A stretch of 64,000 nucleotides of DNA from Marsupella aquatica (Eukaryota > Plantae > Marchantiophyta), in assembly GCA_973895155.1 (NCBI GenBank), contig OZ316899.1, positions 10,317,035-10,381,034 on the forward strand, given 5' to 3'. Of this stretch, positions 22,818 to 35,806 are shown in pieces. Position numbers and translations under genes: made by a program. The stretch's first letter is position 1, and every line of letters starts with the position of its first letter. A model generated the notes under the pieces. That model was not told where the DNA came from and ran no database searches. It saw only the letters and a list, made by a program, of their open reading frames with translations.

Positions 22818-24525
22818 ATAGCCAAGGAGGTATCAGGTAAGCTGATGCTTTAAATTCCTCTATATGAATGTTGAGAAACAATTCAATGGTTAATAGATTC
22901 AACCTGAATATTGTGGTGTGTAAATTGATCAGCAGAAGCAGACATGGAGGATATGGCAATGGCAAAGAAGGGGAAGAAGGCTGTTCATAATGGTAAGGAG
23001 ATAGTGACAACTTTGTGGTTGGTGACATGTACATTTAGCACATGTGATGAGTGATTGACTTATGTTGGACATGACACTGAATTGTAGTTGATGGAGAGTT
23101 GACAGACTCTCAACCAAGCGGGAGCAGGGTGAAGCGACGTTGAAACTTGGGAGCAACATTGGATGCAAGTAAGATTGTAGATGCTTCAATTGAAACAAGT
23201 ACAATGTTGGCAGATACTGAGATGATGTCGTAGGGAAATCCTGCTACACAATCGGAAGTGTCAAATATGGATGCAAATTCTTTGAAGAAGAGTGTAGCCA
23301 ATTCTCGATCACCAGCACAAAACACTCATGCCAAAGTCATGACTCGCAACCAAGGTATGAATAATGTCATGTATAAGCCACCCAGGAAAGCCAAGAAAAA
23401 CAGCCAAGGTAAGGTGGAGGTGATAGCCACAGCAGAGCCAGTCCATAATCTTCTATCATGGGAGGATGACTAGCAGGTATGTGTGGGTACAGGCATTTTG
23501 CGACCGGATCATGCTAAATTCCATGGCAAAGTGGTCCCGAATGACCATGTAGTAGTGTTGTTGAATACAATGATTGTATCTGATTGTAATTTGTCATTTC
23601 TGAATAGAGACGATGATCCACCTCAAGAAATAATTGCAGATGCAGCCGGATCTCTTGTGCTCTGGCCATCAGAGTGTGTTAGTCTGCAGTGACTGAATGC
23701 AAGTGTAGATAGAATCATGTGAATTGTGTCACATTTTGACATTGCCTTGGAAAGATCTAAGAAATATCTGTACCAATTTTTCCATTTGGTAAAGAGGATG
23801 AAGGAGCTGTTGTGTGTGACATTGATATTTCTGAATTCTGTATGTATGAAACAAGTGATTGATGTCAAACTATGGCTCTATGGTGATTGTCTATGATACT
23901 TGAATCTGTTTTGTATCATTTTAGTATTAGTGTGTATGGTATAGAGGAATACTTTGTGACCTTCTTTGTAGTCTATGATGTTTGAATCTGTGAATTCATA
24001 TTAGTGTACATGGTATAGAAGATGGCTTTCTGAAACTCTATGTGTTCTAATGTTAACATGATGAATGGTGAGCTTATAGAGTGAGTTCATTCCAAGTACA
24101 CAATAAAACATGAATGGAATGTGTTATTTGTGCACAAGAGTGAGTTCATTCCAAGTAGTATAGTGGGGTCTTCATCACTCATATCCAGTTGACATGAAAG
24201 ACTTGTACATACCCCACAAAGTGTTTACTTTAGTCGTTTTATAAACCCACAAAGTATATTTAAAGACTACCCTCCATAACCTTTTTAGTCATTCCGAACG
24301 ACTCACCATCGCAGCCTATAAAAGACTGAAAATGACTCACCAAATCTACCCACACAAAGACTACAATAGACTGAAAATCCAGTCTATTAAACGACTTACA
24401 AACCAGTTCTATAAAGGACTCAGTTGATTATAGTAACAAAACATACGACTTGCAGTCCTGTAAAGGACTGGAGTCATTCCCAATCGTTTCCAAGTCCTAT
24501 ACGGTACTGAATCGTCGTTTAATGG

Positions 24526-24555
24526 GGTCTAAATACCCCCCGGTTTCTACTAGTG
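24526..24555 (-). repeat. Right TIR of the large CACTA
   Basis: Reads CACTAGTAGAAACCGGGGGGTATTTAGACC on the minus strand. Confidence 0.95.
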
Positions 24556-24723
24556 CACAGATCAATCACAAATGGGTATCAAGCAAGTCGCGATGGGGTG
24601 TTCAATAGTGACTTATTTTTTTGGTCTCAAATTTTGCAATTCCAAGGGTCACAGCCTGGGTCACTTCACTTGTGTCACAATGAAGTCACATGAGCCAAAA
24701 GGAGTCACATATTGCAGTCTCAG

Positions 24724-25156
24724 TGTGACACCGCCAACACGGCTTAACCCGTGTTATGCATGTACGAAGTAAACTTAGGAGTCCGTAGCTATTAGCATAA
24801 CTTACAACACAAATTAGCTAGTCATGATGCTTAGGACCGGTTTAGTCAATAATGGGCGTTCACGCTTGGGCTGGCGGCGCTACGCCTAACGCACCGCTGG
24901 ATTAGGGGCACATTATGGTTGTCCACCTTGGATCCGTATAACTGATCCGGAGGCGGCCCTCTAGCACAACCTAACCCGGACCTGAGGGATGGTTGGTACA
25001 CTTTGGGCGTGAGGGGTTCGGCCTATCAAAGCAAGAGGAGTCGATTGGTCGATGCACCACAAGGGTATAAAAGGCAAGCTCTTCCCCGCCTCTGGGTCAC
25101 TAGCTCCCTTTGCGCACCAGCTTTGATCCCAGCTCCTCTGTTTCCCCCTTAGCCAT
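24724..25156 (+). mobile_element. 5' fragment of a family B-type giant LTR
   Basis: Starts TGTGACACCGCC and is colinear with the reverse complement of approx. 35725-36164, including TATAAAAGGC at 25066. Confidence 0.85.
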
Positions 25157-26200
25157 AGTCGTGGAACTCGACTACCTTAACACTTAGCTATGGCGTCGTT
25201 GACTCTGACGCCAAGCTCCCTTATGGTCCAGGCCCGGATAGGCCATCCGGGGAGGACTTAGCATGGGGAGACTTGTGGGCAATGAGACGTGGCACTGGCA
25301 AAGGCAAGGCGCCAACTGAAGTTGATGACACACACTAAGGACTTAGACTAGCTGAGAGCTGGTCATGTAAAGGGGAAAAGGGTTAGGCTCAAGGTTGAAT
25401 GTCCGGACCCCCGGACGGACTTTGAGTTCTAAGGGCTTGAGTGAGAGCTCATCTTGGGCCCAAGGCCAATGGAGTTGACGCCATGGGCAACGGAAGCTTG
25501 GGGCGCGAGTTATGGCCTGATCCGGGTTTGGCCGATTGGGGGTCCAAGCGGCGATAAGATTTGAGGGCCTAGGCATGAGCACTGGGTTGGCCTGATCACA
25601 ACGGGCTAAGGCATTCTGCTTGCGGACGCCTAACAAGAAAGTTATGGGCGTTGCCAGTTGGTGGCGCACCCAGACATGCTGGATAGGATCCGGGTTGTGG
25701 CCCAAAAAGTTGAGGACCAAAGTTGGTCTAGGGGTGGCAGGTCTCCAAAAGCATATATGAGGAGAGTGGTGCCTCCCTGGGGGCTAAGGGTGAGCCGAAG
25801 TCGTGAGCCTCGGCGGTAGCGACACTAAAGGAAAACGCCGAACGGAAATGGCGATAACTTCCCAACGGGAAGTCCATTGGAAGACTTCTTGGGTGCGTTA
25901 AAAATCTCTCAAGGAGGACTACATCCTCCTGAGCTCAGCTAGGTCTGGGGGTGCCATAGGTTCTTGAGGTTTGCGGGTGTTGTCACGCCCGCTTGTCAAA
26001 TCCTACCGAAATAGCAGCCAAGTCGCGTTCAGTCTCCCAAGGGAGCTTGCGTTGGGGAGGCAAGGCCAAGTAGGCACGGAGGTTGAGTTCCAAGGGAACT
26101 TGGCCCCTAGACAATCAGCGGGGCGAGAACCGGGAGTCGATTGCTAGAGTCGGGGCCATTTTGGTCCCGGCGTGTTGGGACAAGCTTTAGGACAAGCTAC
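25157..26200 (+). mobile_element. Family D LTR, 3' truncated by the next insertion
   Basis: Starts AGTCGTGGAACTCGACTACC; colinear with 57442-57612 + 62280-63140. Confidence 0.9.
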
Positions 26201-27358
26201 AGTGGAGAAGCAATATGGAGGAATCTAGTGGAAATGGTATATTTTAAAACTTTTTGACTTTACTTGAAGCTTCCCCAAGTCAATTACTTACCCCTTAATA
26301 CATTTAAGCCTCGAAGGATCATTCTGGAGAAAGTTGAGGAGTTTGGATTTTTTCCGGAAAAATCGCTTTCAAAGCTCTCCGAAAGAAATTTCTCAGAAAG
26401 CTATCCGAAAGAAATTGCTTTGAAAGTTGCAGAATCGGTTTAGACTTTTGGCAAGAACTTTGACGGACGATTGCAGATCGACCCAATGTCGGTTTGAGGA
26501 GAGTTTTAGTGCGTTGGAAAGGTATTTCCAAAGGCTACCATGGGAATTTTAGTTTGGAGCCAAACCACCAATTTCAAAGTATACCAAATTGATTCTCCGA
26601 GATATTCGGCATACATTACTTAAATTGTTTTACCTCACGTTTGCACCTCTTGAACTTTTCCATTAGTTCATTAGAGTAGGATATAGAGGGACATAGTTTA
26701 GTACACCCTTAGGAATTAGATTTAGAGAGTCTTAGTTTCATCTCACCTTTTAGGACTTTAAATTTAGATAAGAAAAGGTTTGTAGACTTTTAAACCTTTT
26801 GGCATCTCAAGCCTTTTGAGGGAGCCTACAATTGGACTCCCAAGACCATTTTCATTGTCTTTTCCTTTGAATATTAATCTCTGACTATTTTGGGTCTTTC
26901 TCTCATGCCAATCTTGGGATTAGGAGAGAAGATTAAACCAGAAGAGATTGTACCACACCTATGCATTGAAATCATATCATTTACCTCAGTTTCATGGATG
27001 AATGTCATAAGAAACATGGATTTGTAAGAGAAAACTTTGATATCTAGGGAAAGGAGAATTGTAGTGAGTCATTGGACGGAAAGCCGATCTCTATTTGGGT
27101 ATGTGGAAGTCTATGATGAGTGAAAATCAAACTACCTATTGATAAGAAGTTAGACTCTGTGAATTTATTGATCTAAGAGTTTATTGGAGAATCGTTTTAG
27201 GATTCTGGAAGAAGAATGAGTAAAGCAATCGCTATAGGATTTTGAACACCACAAAACTGGAGTAAAACGCTTCACTTATTCCTTACGGGACCGAATCTTG
27301 GTTGGTTTGAGCAAGGTCTTACATAGTTGATGTTGTTCTACTCACCACATATTCTTTT

Positions 27359-27376
27359 TGGCGCCGCTGCCGAGGA
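27359..27376 (+). other. Primer binding site, Athila-like TGGCGCCG(T/C)TGCC type
   Basis: TGGCGCCGCTGCCGAGGA preceded by a T-run. Confidence 0.7.
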
Positions 27377-28494
27377 ATAAATCAAAAGCAATTTATGAAG
27401 GAGGCCAAGTGAATTGGCCAAAAGAAAGATTGAAGTATAGACAGACAATCAATTTCAATATGATAAACTGATTGTACAAGACCAAGGGAGAAATTCACAA
27501 CAAGAGGAGGATTCAACAGGGAGACAATCGGATTGACTCCTGAAGGAACATATGCTTTGTAAGTATGGACGATTCAATGTTGTTTGGCTTTCCTTTTACA
27601 TTTAAAGTAAAACTTTTCTCAATAGACAACGCTCCTTCAGCCTTAGTTAAGTTATTGAAAGAAAAGGAAAAAAGGGAGATAGCAAAAGAGGAAATTAAGG
27701 GGAAGACCAAGAAATCGCTTAGCAAAGTAAAAGCACCTGCTAGCAAAGGATCTCCATTACCACCTCTGAATTGAATGGACCTATTGGCCTTAAGGTAAGT
27801 AAATATTTTCACTTAACCTTTGTAAATTTTAGTTAGGCTAGAAAAGTAAAGAGAGAAACCGATTCTTAGCCAAATTAATGGAGAAAGCTTGGTAACAATT
27901 GGTTCAGACTGATACATCATTTTCTGTTGTTGTATTTTTCTTTCTTGCTTCCAATGAAATTAATCAGTTGGGGAGAAAGATCGCTTCCTTAATTTTAGAA
28001 TTTTGGGATATGGCAAGAATCTTTAGTTTATATGCAGAGATTTCATGAGTAGGGACATTACCAACCCTTATGAACGAGAAAAGAGATATAATAACCGGGA
28101 ACAAAAGAAATTGACCCCACCTGAGAAGGTCAAGATCAAACTCAAGTGATAGAGGTAAGACTAGAATCACGAAGACTAAGCCAGTGCCATATGTTGATCT
28201 TACAAGACATAGAAGTGAGAGGTAAATTGAGGAAGATGTGGATAATCTAAATAGTCTTAGTGATTTTGAAGAGAGGGAACAATCAGTTTTACCAGAATTG
28301 CCTACTGTTGCCAAAAAGGTTCAACATTTAGAAGAGTTGGTGAATCAAGGTGCGCTTGAGGGAGAAAGGGCTAATCAATTGATAGGAAAGTTAACTTAAT
28401 CTCTAAAAGATCTCTACTTGCGCCAATTAAGGTAGGAAAGAAATCGTTTGTTTCATTATCTTTTGGGTCCTCTAGTGTCCATCCTCCTTCCATC

Positions 28495-29945
28495 ATGACA
28501 TCCTCTACAAGTCTGAAATATACGGTTTTCAAAGGAAGAGGCCAAGATCCAGATGATTGGCTGGGCAAAATTTTGTCAACAGCCAAAACCAACAAGGAAA
28601 ATGCGGATCAAGATCTCTTGCAGATTTTTTAAGGACTCGTAAAAACAAAGCACACAAATGGTATACTCTATCCCTTACCCTGGCTATTCAAGGAAGCTGG
28701 CCTGATTTGCAAAACGCTTTTAGGAAAGAATTTAGAGAAGCAGGAGCCACTTCTAGAGTGTTAGCTAGACTTAGGAGAATTTGCATGAGAAAGCAAGGCA
28801 CATTGAGAACTTATTCTCAGAATGTTAGGAAATTAATTCTAAAGATTAGACCTCTGCCTAGTGATGAAATGCAAACCGAGTATTTCACAGGAGGATTGCC
28901 TAGAGAGATGAATAGATACGTTAGAAGATCACACCCTACCAATTTAGGAGAAGCTATTGAAGCAGCACAAGAGTTTGTAGATACTGAAATGTCTCAGAGA
29001 AAAGAATTGAGAAAAGAGGAGAAGAAAGAAAAGGAGAGAGAGAAAAGAAAACAAAGGAAGAAAAGGTCAGGAAATAAAAAAAAAGAAAGAAGTTCTTCTA
29101 GTACCTCCTCTTCATCGTCACAATCTAGTTCCTCCTCTTCCTCCTCTTCATCATCCTCATCCGATGATGAGTCCACTTGCCATCATAGAGATAAAGGGAA
29201 AGTATATCAGCCTACTAATAATGCGCTCAAGTCTCTCACAAGAGTGAAGAAAACAATTGATGAATTGAGTGGCAAATTTGATAAGCTTTCAGTCAATTTG
29301 GCAGACAATCGCCCAAAGAGGAGGCCTATTCCGGTAAATCGACCCAATGTGTGGTGTGCTAGATGTGGAGAAAGAGGCCACTACCCAGTGGAGTGCCCAC
29401 ACATGGGGAGGCAAGCTCAATATATTGTGGAAGAATGGGATGAGCCAGCCTACTATGCAGAAGAACAAGAAGAGATTGACTGGTACGTGGTCAATAATCC
29501 CCCGCCTATGAGAAGGCCAATGGGACCGCCTAGCCCACCAATGGGTTGGAGTATGGGTGGAAGTATGATGCCCAGGCCCATGACAATGAGACCTCCTGTC
29601 AAACCTCCAATGGAGCCACCCGAAGGCTACCCACCTCGTACACAGAGAATCCCAAGGACCTGCTACAATTGTGGGGTAGTGGGACATTATACCCCCGAGT
29701 GCCCTTACCCAAAGGCACCGTATGCATGTACCCCTATATGTGGGAACTGTGGAGAAGAGGGCCACCTTCCGATCAAATGCCCCAAACCAGTGCAGCCAAA
29801 GTTGATGGTGAAGTATGTGAAGGATTCGGAGAAGAAAGAAACGGCTGAAGTCCGAATGATATTTTTAGAAGACACACACCTCATAACTGAGGAGCAGGGG
29901 AACCCTGAGGAATCGATCTCAGTATATCAAACCACAACCCGAAGC
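28495..29945 (+). pseudogene. gag: Gag with Lys/Ser-rich linker and three CCHC zinc knuckles
   Basis: FKGRGQDPDDWL start, capsid-like helices, CARCGERGHYPVEC, CYNCGVVGHYTPEC, CGNCGEEGHLPIKC; frameshift near the 5' end. Confidence 0.88.
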
Positions 29946-29949
29946 GCTG

Positions 29950-30410
29950 GTCGTTGGTGGTGCAAAGATGCACTAGGGTGCTTGCTCAAGGTATTCCGTG
30001 GAGGCAATCGGGCACCAGGGGCACTAAGGGCGCCCGACCGGCCAACCCGGATCATGCCATAACTCGCGCCCCAAGCATCCGTTGCCCATGGCGTTAACTC
30101 CATTGGCCTTGGGCCCAAGAGGAGCTCTCAATCAAGCCCTCAGAACTCAAAGTCCATCCGGGGGTCCAGACAATCGACCTTGAGCCCGGACCTTTTCCCC
30201 TTGACCCGACCAGCACTCGGCTAGTATAAGTCCTTAGTGTATGTCACCAACTTGGCGCCTTGCCTTTGCTAGTGCCACGTCTCATTGCCCACAAGTCTCC
30301 CCATGCTAAGTCCTCCCCAGATGGCCTATTCAAGCTAGGACCATAAGGGAGCTCGGCGTCGGAGTCATCGATGCCAGAGCTAAGTGTTAAGGTAGTTGAG
30401 TTCCGCGACT
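29950..30410. mobile_element. Rearranged family D LTR pieces (plus-strand 3' piece joined to minus-strand 5' piece)
   Basis: 29950-30030 matches approx. 63467-63546 forward; 30033-30410 matches the LTR 5' part in reverse and ends ...TTCCGCGACT. Confidence 0.75.
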
Positions 30411-32235
30411 ATGCCGTTCGGATTATGTAATGCCCCGGCCATGATCCAGAGACTCATGATGAACATCTTCCATGACTTCTTGGGAGAGTTCCTAGAGATA
30501 TTTATTGATGACTTTGCCATATTTGGGACCATCGCCATGCACCCCAAGCATTTATGCTATACGCTACAACGATGTAGGGAAGTGAATTTAAAGTTGCATC
30601 CGGCCAAGTGCTTTTTTGGGGTAGAGGAAGGAGTGTTACTCGGAGTGGTGGACCTTGCCACCCAGTGCCCTCACCAATCCCAGCACCCTCGCCTAAGTGC
30701 CCTTGGTGCCCGAATGCCTCCACGGAATACCTCGGGCAAGCAACCTAGTGCCCCTTTGCACCACCAGCGGCACCTCCCATACAAAGCCGCACTTGCTCTC
30801 CAACACGACCGCTACTCAACGGTCCTCATTGTTTGCACAAGCAACCAAGTGCCTCGGTAAATAACCCTTCAAGATCTAGATCTCCCCAAGTCTAGCATCC
30901 TAACTCAAGTTCAACAGACATTGGTAAGTAGGTTAGCAATAGGTCCTCCCGATGCCATAAGCCGGAACTAGAATGCCCACTTTTTGTCCAGAATAGCTCC
31001 TTCCTTGGGCATAGCCCGGGTTCCCCCTTGTACTTATCCATCACCAACTGACCGCCCTGCCCCCGGGACATGCTCATGGCCCAAGTAGCGTAGCTTGTCC
31101 AAGAGCTTGTCCCAAGCTTGTCCCAACATGTCAGGATCGGAATGGCCCTGACTTTAGCAACAAACTCCCGGTTCTCGCCCTACTGATGGTCTAGGGGCCA
31201 AGTGCCCTTGTAACTCAACCTCCATTCCTACTTGGCCTTGCCTCCCCTACGCAAGCTCCCTTAGGAGACTGAACGCGGCTTGGCTGCTGTTTTGGCAGGA
31301 TTTGGCAAGTGGGCGAGATAACACCCGCACACCTCAAGAACTTATGGTGCCTACAGACCCAGATGATCTCAAGAGGATGTACCCGTCCTCAAGATATTTT
31401 TTAATGCACCCAAGAAGTCCTCCAACGGACTTCTCGTTGGGAAGATATCGCCCTTTCCGTTTGGCATTTTCCTTAGTGTCGTGACCGTCGTGGCTCACGA
31501 CTTCGGCTCGCCCTTAGCCCCCAAGGAGACACCACTCCCCTCATATATGTTTCTGGAGACCTTCCACCCCCCATCCAGCTTTGGTCCTTAACTTTTTGGT
31601 CCCCAACCCGGACCCTATCCCGCATGTCTGGGCGCGCCACCAACCTGCAACGCCCATAACTTCTAGTTAGGTGTCCGCAAGCGGAGTGCCTTGGCCCGTT
31701 GTGATTGGGCCAACCCAGTGCTCATGCCTAGGCCCTCAGATCTCATTGTCGCTCAGGGCCCCCAATCGGCCAAACTTGGATTGGGCCATAACTCGCGCCC
31801 CAAGCGTCCGTTGCCCATGGCGTCAACTCCATTGGCCTTGGGCCCAAGAGGAACTCTTACTCAAGCCCTCAGAACTCAAAGTGCATCCGGGGGTCCAGAT
31901 GGTCAACCTTGAGTCTGGCCCTTTTCCCCTTTGACCCGACCAGCTCTTAGCTAGTCTAAGTCCTTAGTGTGTGACACCAGCTTGTCGCCTTGCCTTCACT
32001 AGCGCCACTTCTCATTGCCCACAAGTCTCCCCATGCTAAGTCCTCCCCGGATGACCTATCTGGGCCTGGACCATACGGGAGCTCGATGTCGGTGTCAGCG
32101 ATGCCAGAGCTAAGTGTTAAGGTAGTCGAGTTCTGTGACTCTCGGGCATCGTGTGTCAAAATGAGGTATAGAGGTGGATCAGGAGAAGGTTACGGCCTAG
32201 ATGGCGGTGGTGTTCAAAAGGCAGTAAGATTGTTT
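30411..32235 (+). pseudogene. pol: Reverse transcriptase fragment (family B-like) split by a solo-LTR
   Basis: MPFGLCNAPA...FIDDF...GVLL resumes as GHRVSK*GIEVDQEKV after 32140; nearly identical to the RT at 37849-38556. Confidence 0.9.
30644..32140 (-). mobile_element. Complete family D solo-LTR (1497 bp) with AGT...ACT termini
   Basis: 5-bp TSD CTCGG at 30639-30643 and 32141-32145; removing it restores the RT reading frame. Confidence 0.93.
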
Positions 32236-33092
32236 TGTCACGCCGAAAGCTTCATCCGTACACAAATTTTGGCTTGGACGGGCATAATCTTCATTAGTTT
32301 TGAGGGTTCGGGCAAGGAGGGATGTGTGAACTGAACCTTACTCCCGTAATCTAGCGCTAATCCTACTTACATAAATATCATGGGTATAGCTTGTGTTCCG
32401 CCGCCGAAACATACCTTAAGCCAATAACTGGATTGACCCAGGCTTAAGCCTTCGCGCTATCCACCTCTGATCCGGATCCAATGATACAGGTGTCCAACCT
32501 AGGCTCGCAACCACTATCCGCAGTCGACAACCCGTGCCCAGCTCGGATAGTGCGTTCTGCCAAGCATTCTTCTACCCGTATACAAGATTCATACATGCAA
32601 CTGTATTCACAATCATTCAATCTCGGTTTACACGAAGGAAATAGTGGGAAAACACTTTAATTCATAATCCGTCATACACATATACACGGTTGACTTGACA
32701 TCTCTTGAATGAACACGACCAACGGCAGAAAGGCGTACACTACAACGGAGCCCGGCTCCACACTCACCCAGCGAGCTTAGTCGTACCCTCCCTCCTTGAC
32801 GCTCTTTTACTCACAAAGGCTGGGACTACTTGCACATCCTACGAATACCCAGTTCTAAAACTAAAATCCCCCTGCCTCTACCGGGGGGTGGACTAAATAC
32901 TAAGGGACGGGATCCAGAGCGGCCACGTGCCCGAATCTATGGTATCCGAGATTCTAAACTCTGCTAACTGCCAGGCCGTAAAACTGCGTGTCTTATTCTA
33001 AGATTCTAAACTACGAAGGTTAGTCGGATAGGACAGCGTTGCCAACTAGTTTTGGCGCTTGTGCTTATCTTCTGACTTCCCTAATTCTAACT

Positions 33093-35252
33093 CTATCCTA
33101 AACCTACCCCGCCGCTAATGTCTGGCGCGCTTGCCAGACCTGCCCAACTTGGATTTGAGCGGCCATCCCACTGCCTCCTAAGCCGGTTGGCGTCCTGCTT
33201 GAGCAGCTGGACTTGGTCTAGCAGAGATTTGTTCTCTTGCTTCGTCGTGTCTGTCTCCTCCACGGCTTCCTGGCATGCCTCTTCCAATTGTTGGGCGTTG
33301 CTCGTCAGCTTGTCCACCAATTGGGCCTATTTTGTGGCATCTTCTTGAAGTCGTGCTACCTCTGCCTTCAGGGCGTCCAGCTTGGCTGCGTCTTGCTGGG
33401 CCCGGGCGTTTGCTTCCTCCGCATCTTTTTGCCAGATGACGGCTTGTCCCTTCAAACCATCAATCTGGGTCCAGAGCCGTGCAATCTCGACATCCCTCCC
33501 AATTCCGGCCTATTCTGCCAAGGCTTCTCGGGCCCCAGCTTTGGCCGCTTGCTCCAATGCGGCCGCTAACTGAGGTCGTAGCAGTTGAAGCTCGGTTTCT
33601 CGGGCTGAGGCTTTGTTTTTCAGGTGGGTAGCCTCAACCCAATACCGCTCTATCTTCCGCGTAAGCTCAGTCTATGCATGCCCTACTCGTACTACTGCAA
33701 CCAATTCTTGGTTGACAAAGTAGGCCACCTTTCGTGCCATCAACTCCCCTGTATCCCGCGCAATTTGTTGGGAGAAGTCACCCAACAACCCATTCAAAAA
33801 TGTGCCCGGTGCAAAGAGTTCCAAGTACTCCAGGCTATGCCCACTCGGGTTCGGGCAAGGACAGACCCCAACTTGCGCGGGGGTTGGAGTGGTGACGTCC
33901 AGTCCCTAGACTATGAAGACAGAGGGGGTTGGGTTCTTCGCAAGGGATGGGGAGTTCTTGTGGACAACCGTGGAGGGTATCGGGGTGTCCTTCGTAATCA
34001 TAGTCTCAGGCCCGGGGCCGGCTTCCTCCAGCCCGACTTCGATGGTTGCGCTGGCTTGGTTGATCGAATCCAGGGAATATAACCACATTGTCCGATATAG
34101 AAGGAGGGGCCCCATGGCCGCCGGACTTTTGGCCTTGGGTTGGGGTCGCCTTTCTTGGGCCGGGAATACCCACCGTGATGGGGTTAGCTTGGGCTTGTTG
34201 AGCCATGGGAGGTTTTGGTGGTCAAAACAGGCGTACCACTCGATGATTATTTTGATGTGGTTTGCAAGGTACACCTTTCCACCAAGGTATAAGGTCTTTC
34301 TTCGTCGTTCCATCTCCTCGTGGAACTTCTTGACGAAGAAAGAAGCCCACTTCCTAGGCCGGTAGTTCTCGACCTAGATTACTTGGGCGGAGGATATTTT
34401 GCCCCTTGGCTCCATCATGTGAAGGGCGTACCTCTGGAACTCCAACCGCTCCGCTATCTCCGGGATGAGGCATGTCCTCATCAAGAATCCGTTGTCCAAT
34501 GCTCCTTCGGCCGGGAAGCTAGAGGACTGATACTTGGCTCCCTTGCCCCCAGGAGCCCGTGATTCTACCCGGTTTACTCCCTTGGGTAGGCCAAAGATCA
34601 TCTTGAGCCGTGCCTCACTTAGGGACATCACTCTCCCATGTGCACGGGTTTGTTGGCGGGCCTCGTCAAAGTTCTGGACAAACTCCGTCATATCCTGCCC
34701 ATAATACCTGCAAGTATTCCAAGGGAGAGCGGCGAAATGCTCAAACCCTTGGGTCTTCAGATAGCATGCCTGGTTGGGGTGGAGAATGTTCTTGTGGACA
34801 TTCTCCCCCATGTGATGCATGTTCAGCTTGGCCACCGCAACTGTGGCCAAGGGCAGCCCATATATAGCCGCGGGTTCCTTCCTCTTCCTACCCCAAGACT
34901 GGTTTTTGGGGTGACTTGTAGAGGGGGACATCTCCCAGTCCTCTCTATCAGGTGGCAGTGCTACCGCCGTAAGTACTGGCGTTGGGGCCGCCACTGTCAT
35001 CGCATTGTCCATCGAGGCTGCCGCCTGGGTTTGTTGATGTGTCGAAGCGGTACCCAGCCCGGCCCCATAAGAACCTGGTGAATTGTGGATAAGGGGAGGG
35101 GCCTCCTTGTCCTCTGAGCTGAGGTTGACCGCATTTACCATGGACTGCACTCGAGCAGATGGTGCAATGGGCGGTGGGGAACGGCGAGATGGATGGCGAG
35201 GCGGAGTTTGTGCCGGTGCTGGCGAGCTGGTTGGAGCTGGAGGGGGTGCCAT
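33093..35252 (-). pseudogene. LTR-encoded protein, family B (same domain + coiled coil), disrupted; may extend upstream to ~35690
   Basis: GFEHFAALPW...EFVQNFD...TRAHG...IFGLPKG...NGFLMRTC...PRGKISSAQV aligns with GLEAFVKLPW...EFMGSWE...TRVYG...VFGLPMG...NGFFQNTC...PRAEIGKAQV of family A; coiled coil at approx. 33093-33600. Confidence 0.85.
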
Positions 35253-35796
35253 AGGACTCCAAAATTTAGAAGGGAAGCCAAGGGATGTCAGTATTGAGGG
35301 CTCGCCGGACTCGGACTTTGATTAAACCAAAAGTTGGGGTAGGATTGAACTCGGGCAGTTATATCGTCAAAGTGATGACGTTGGAGATCCACCGTGCCCG
35401 GGATCCTGAAGACTTTGTCCGGGAGTCAGACGAGCGCTTCTCCAAAGCCAAGGTAATTTGGGCCGTCAAAGAAGAATTTGGTGATCTCCTCATTCTGTAA
35501 GTACTTGCTCTCAAACGGGAGGCTGAAGTTGTTGTTGTAGTGTGAGTGCGCATTGCTATAGATAAGTTGTTCGTACTCTCTCTCGGCTTTGTATCTGCGT
35601 GGATTGTGTCCGGCGAGTGATTTCGCAAGATGGCTCCCAATGTGTAGAAATTGAAACCAAAAACAAATGGCGGAAGTGGACATAATCAAGACCGACATAA
35701 GGCGTGGTGTGTATGATCGCTCCAAGGAAAACTAGAGAGTTTGGGATCAAAGCTGGCACGCGGAGTGAACTAGTGGCCCAAGACGGGGAAGAGCTT

Positions 35797-35806
35797 GCCT
35801 TTTATA
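35797..35806 (-). promoter_or_regulatory. Candidate TATA box of family B LTR, upstream of the LTR ORF
   Basis: TATAAAAGGC, also conserved in the diverged fragment at 25066-25075. Confidence 0.6.

Larger units (their letters stand above)
18602..23692 (+). pseudogene. CACTA TNP1/TnpA-like multi-exon gene, interrupted by a nested CACTA
   Basis: Acidic and GRGG-repeat N-terminal part; helical domain RLKRMW...PPPPSLELDQWTRLI...SELMSNARGKVKH; C-terminal FHGKVVPNDHVVVLL...IADAAGSLVLWP typical of TNP1; exon borders approximate. Confidence 0.7.
1765..24555 (+). mobile_element. Full-length CACTA (En/Spm) DNA transposon with cargo ORFs and two nested insertions
   Basis: Left end CAGTAGTAGAAACCGGGGCAATTTAGACC, right end GGTCTAAATACCCCCCGGTTTCTACTAGTG (imperfect ~29-bp TIR); 3-bp TSD CAC at 1762-1764 and 24556-24558; GACT/AGTC-rich subterminal repeats; TNP2- and TNP1-like genes inside. 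Confidence 0.95.
26201..29945 (+). mobile_element. Truncated non-chromovirus Gypsy (family F): probable 5' LTR approx. 26201-27349, PBS, UTR, gag
   Basis: ...CACCACA followed by PBS TGGCGCCGCTGCCGAGG and a gag ORF; LTR limits inferred from a single copy. Confidence 0.7.

Noticed and set aside
24711-24725. CAGTG as the right TIR of an older CACTG element
   Set aside because: The final TG is explained as the start of the B-type LTR and no matching left TIR is visible
25343-25720. Recurring short ORFs in family D LTRs (also 31671, 56466, 62335)
   Set aside because: Frames and starts differ between copies; similarity only reflects the repeat
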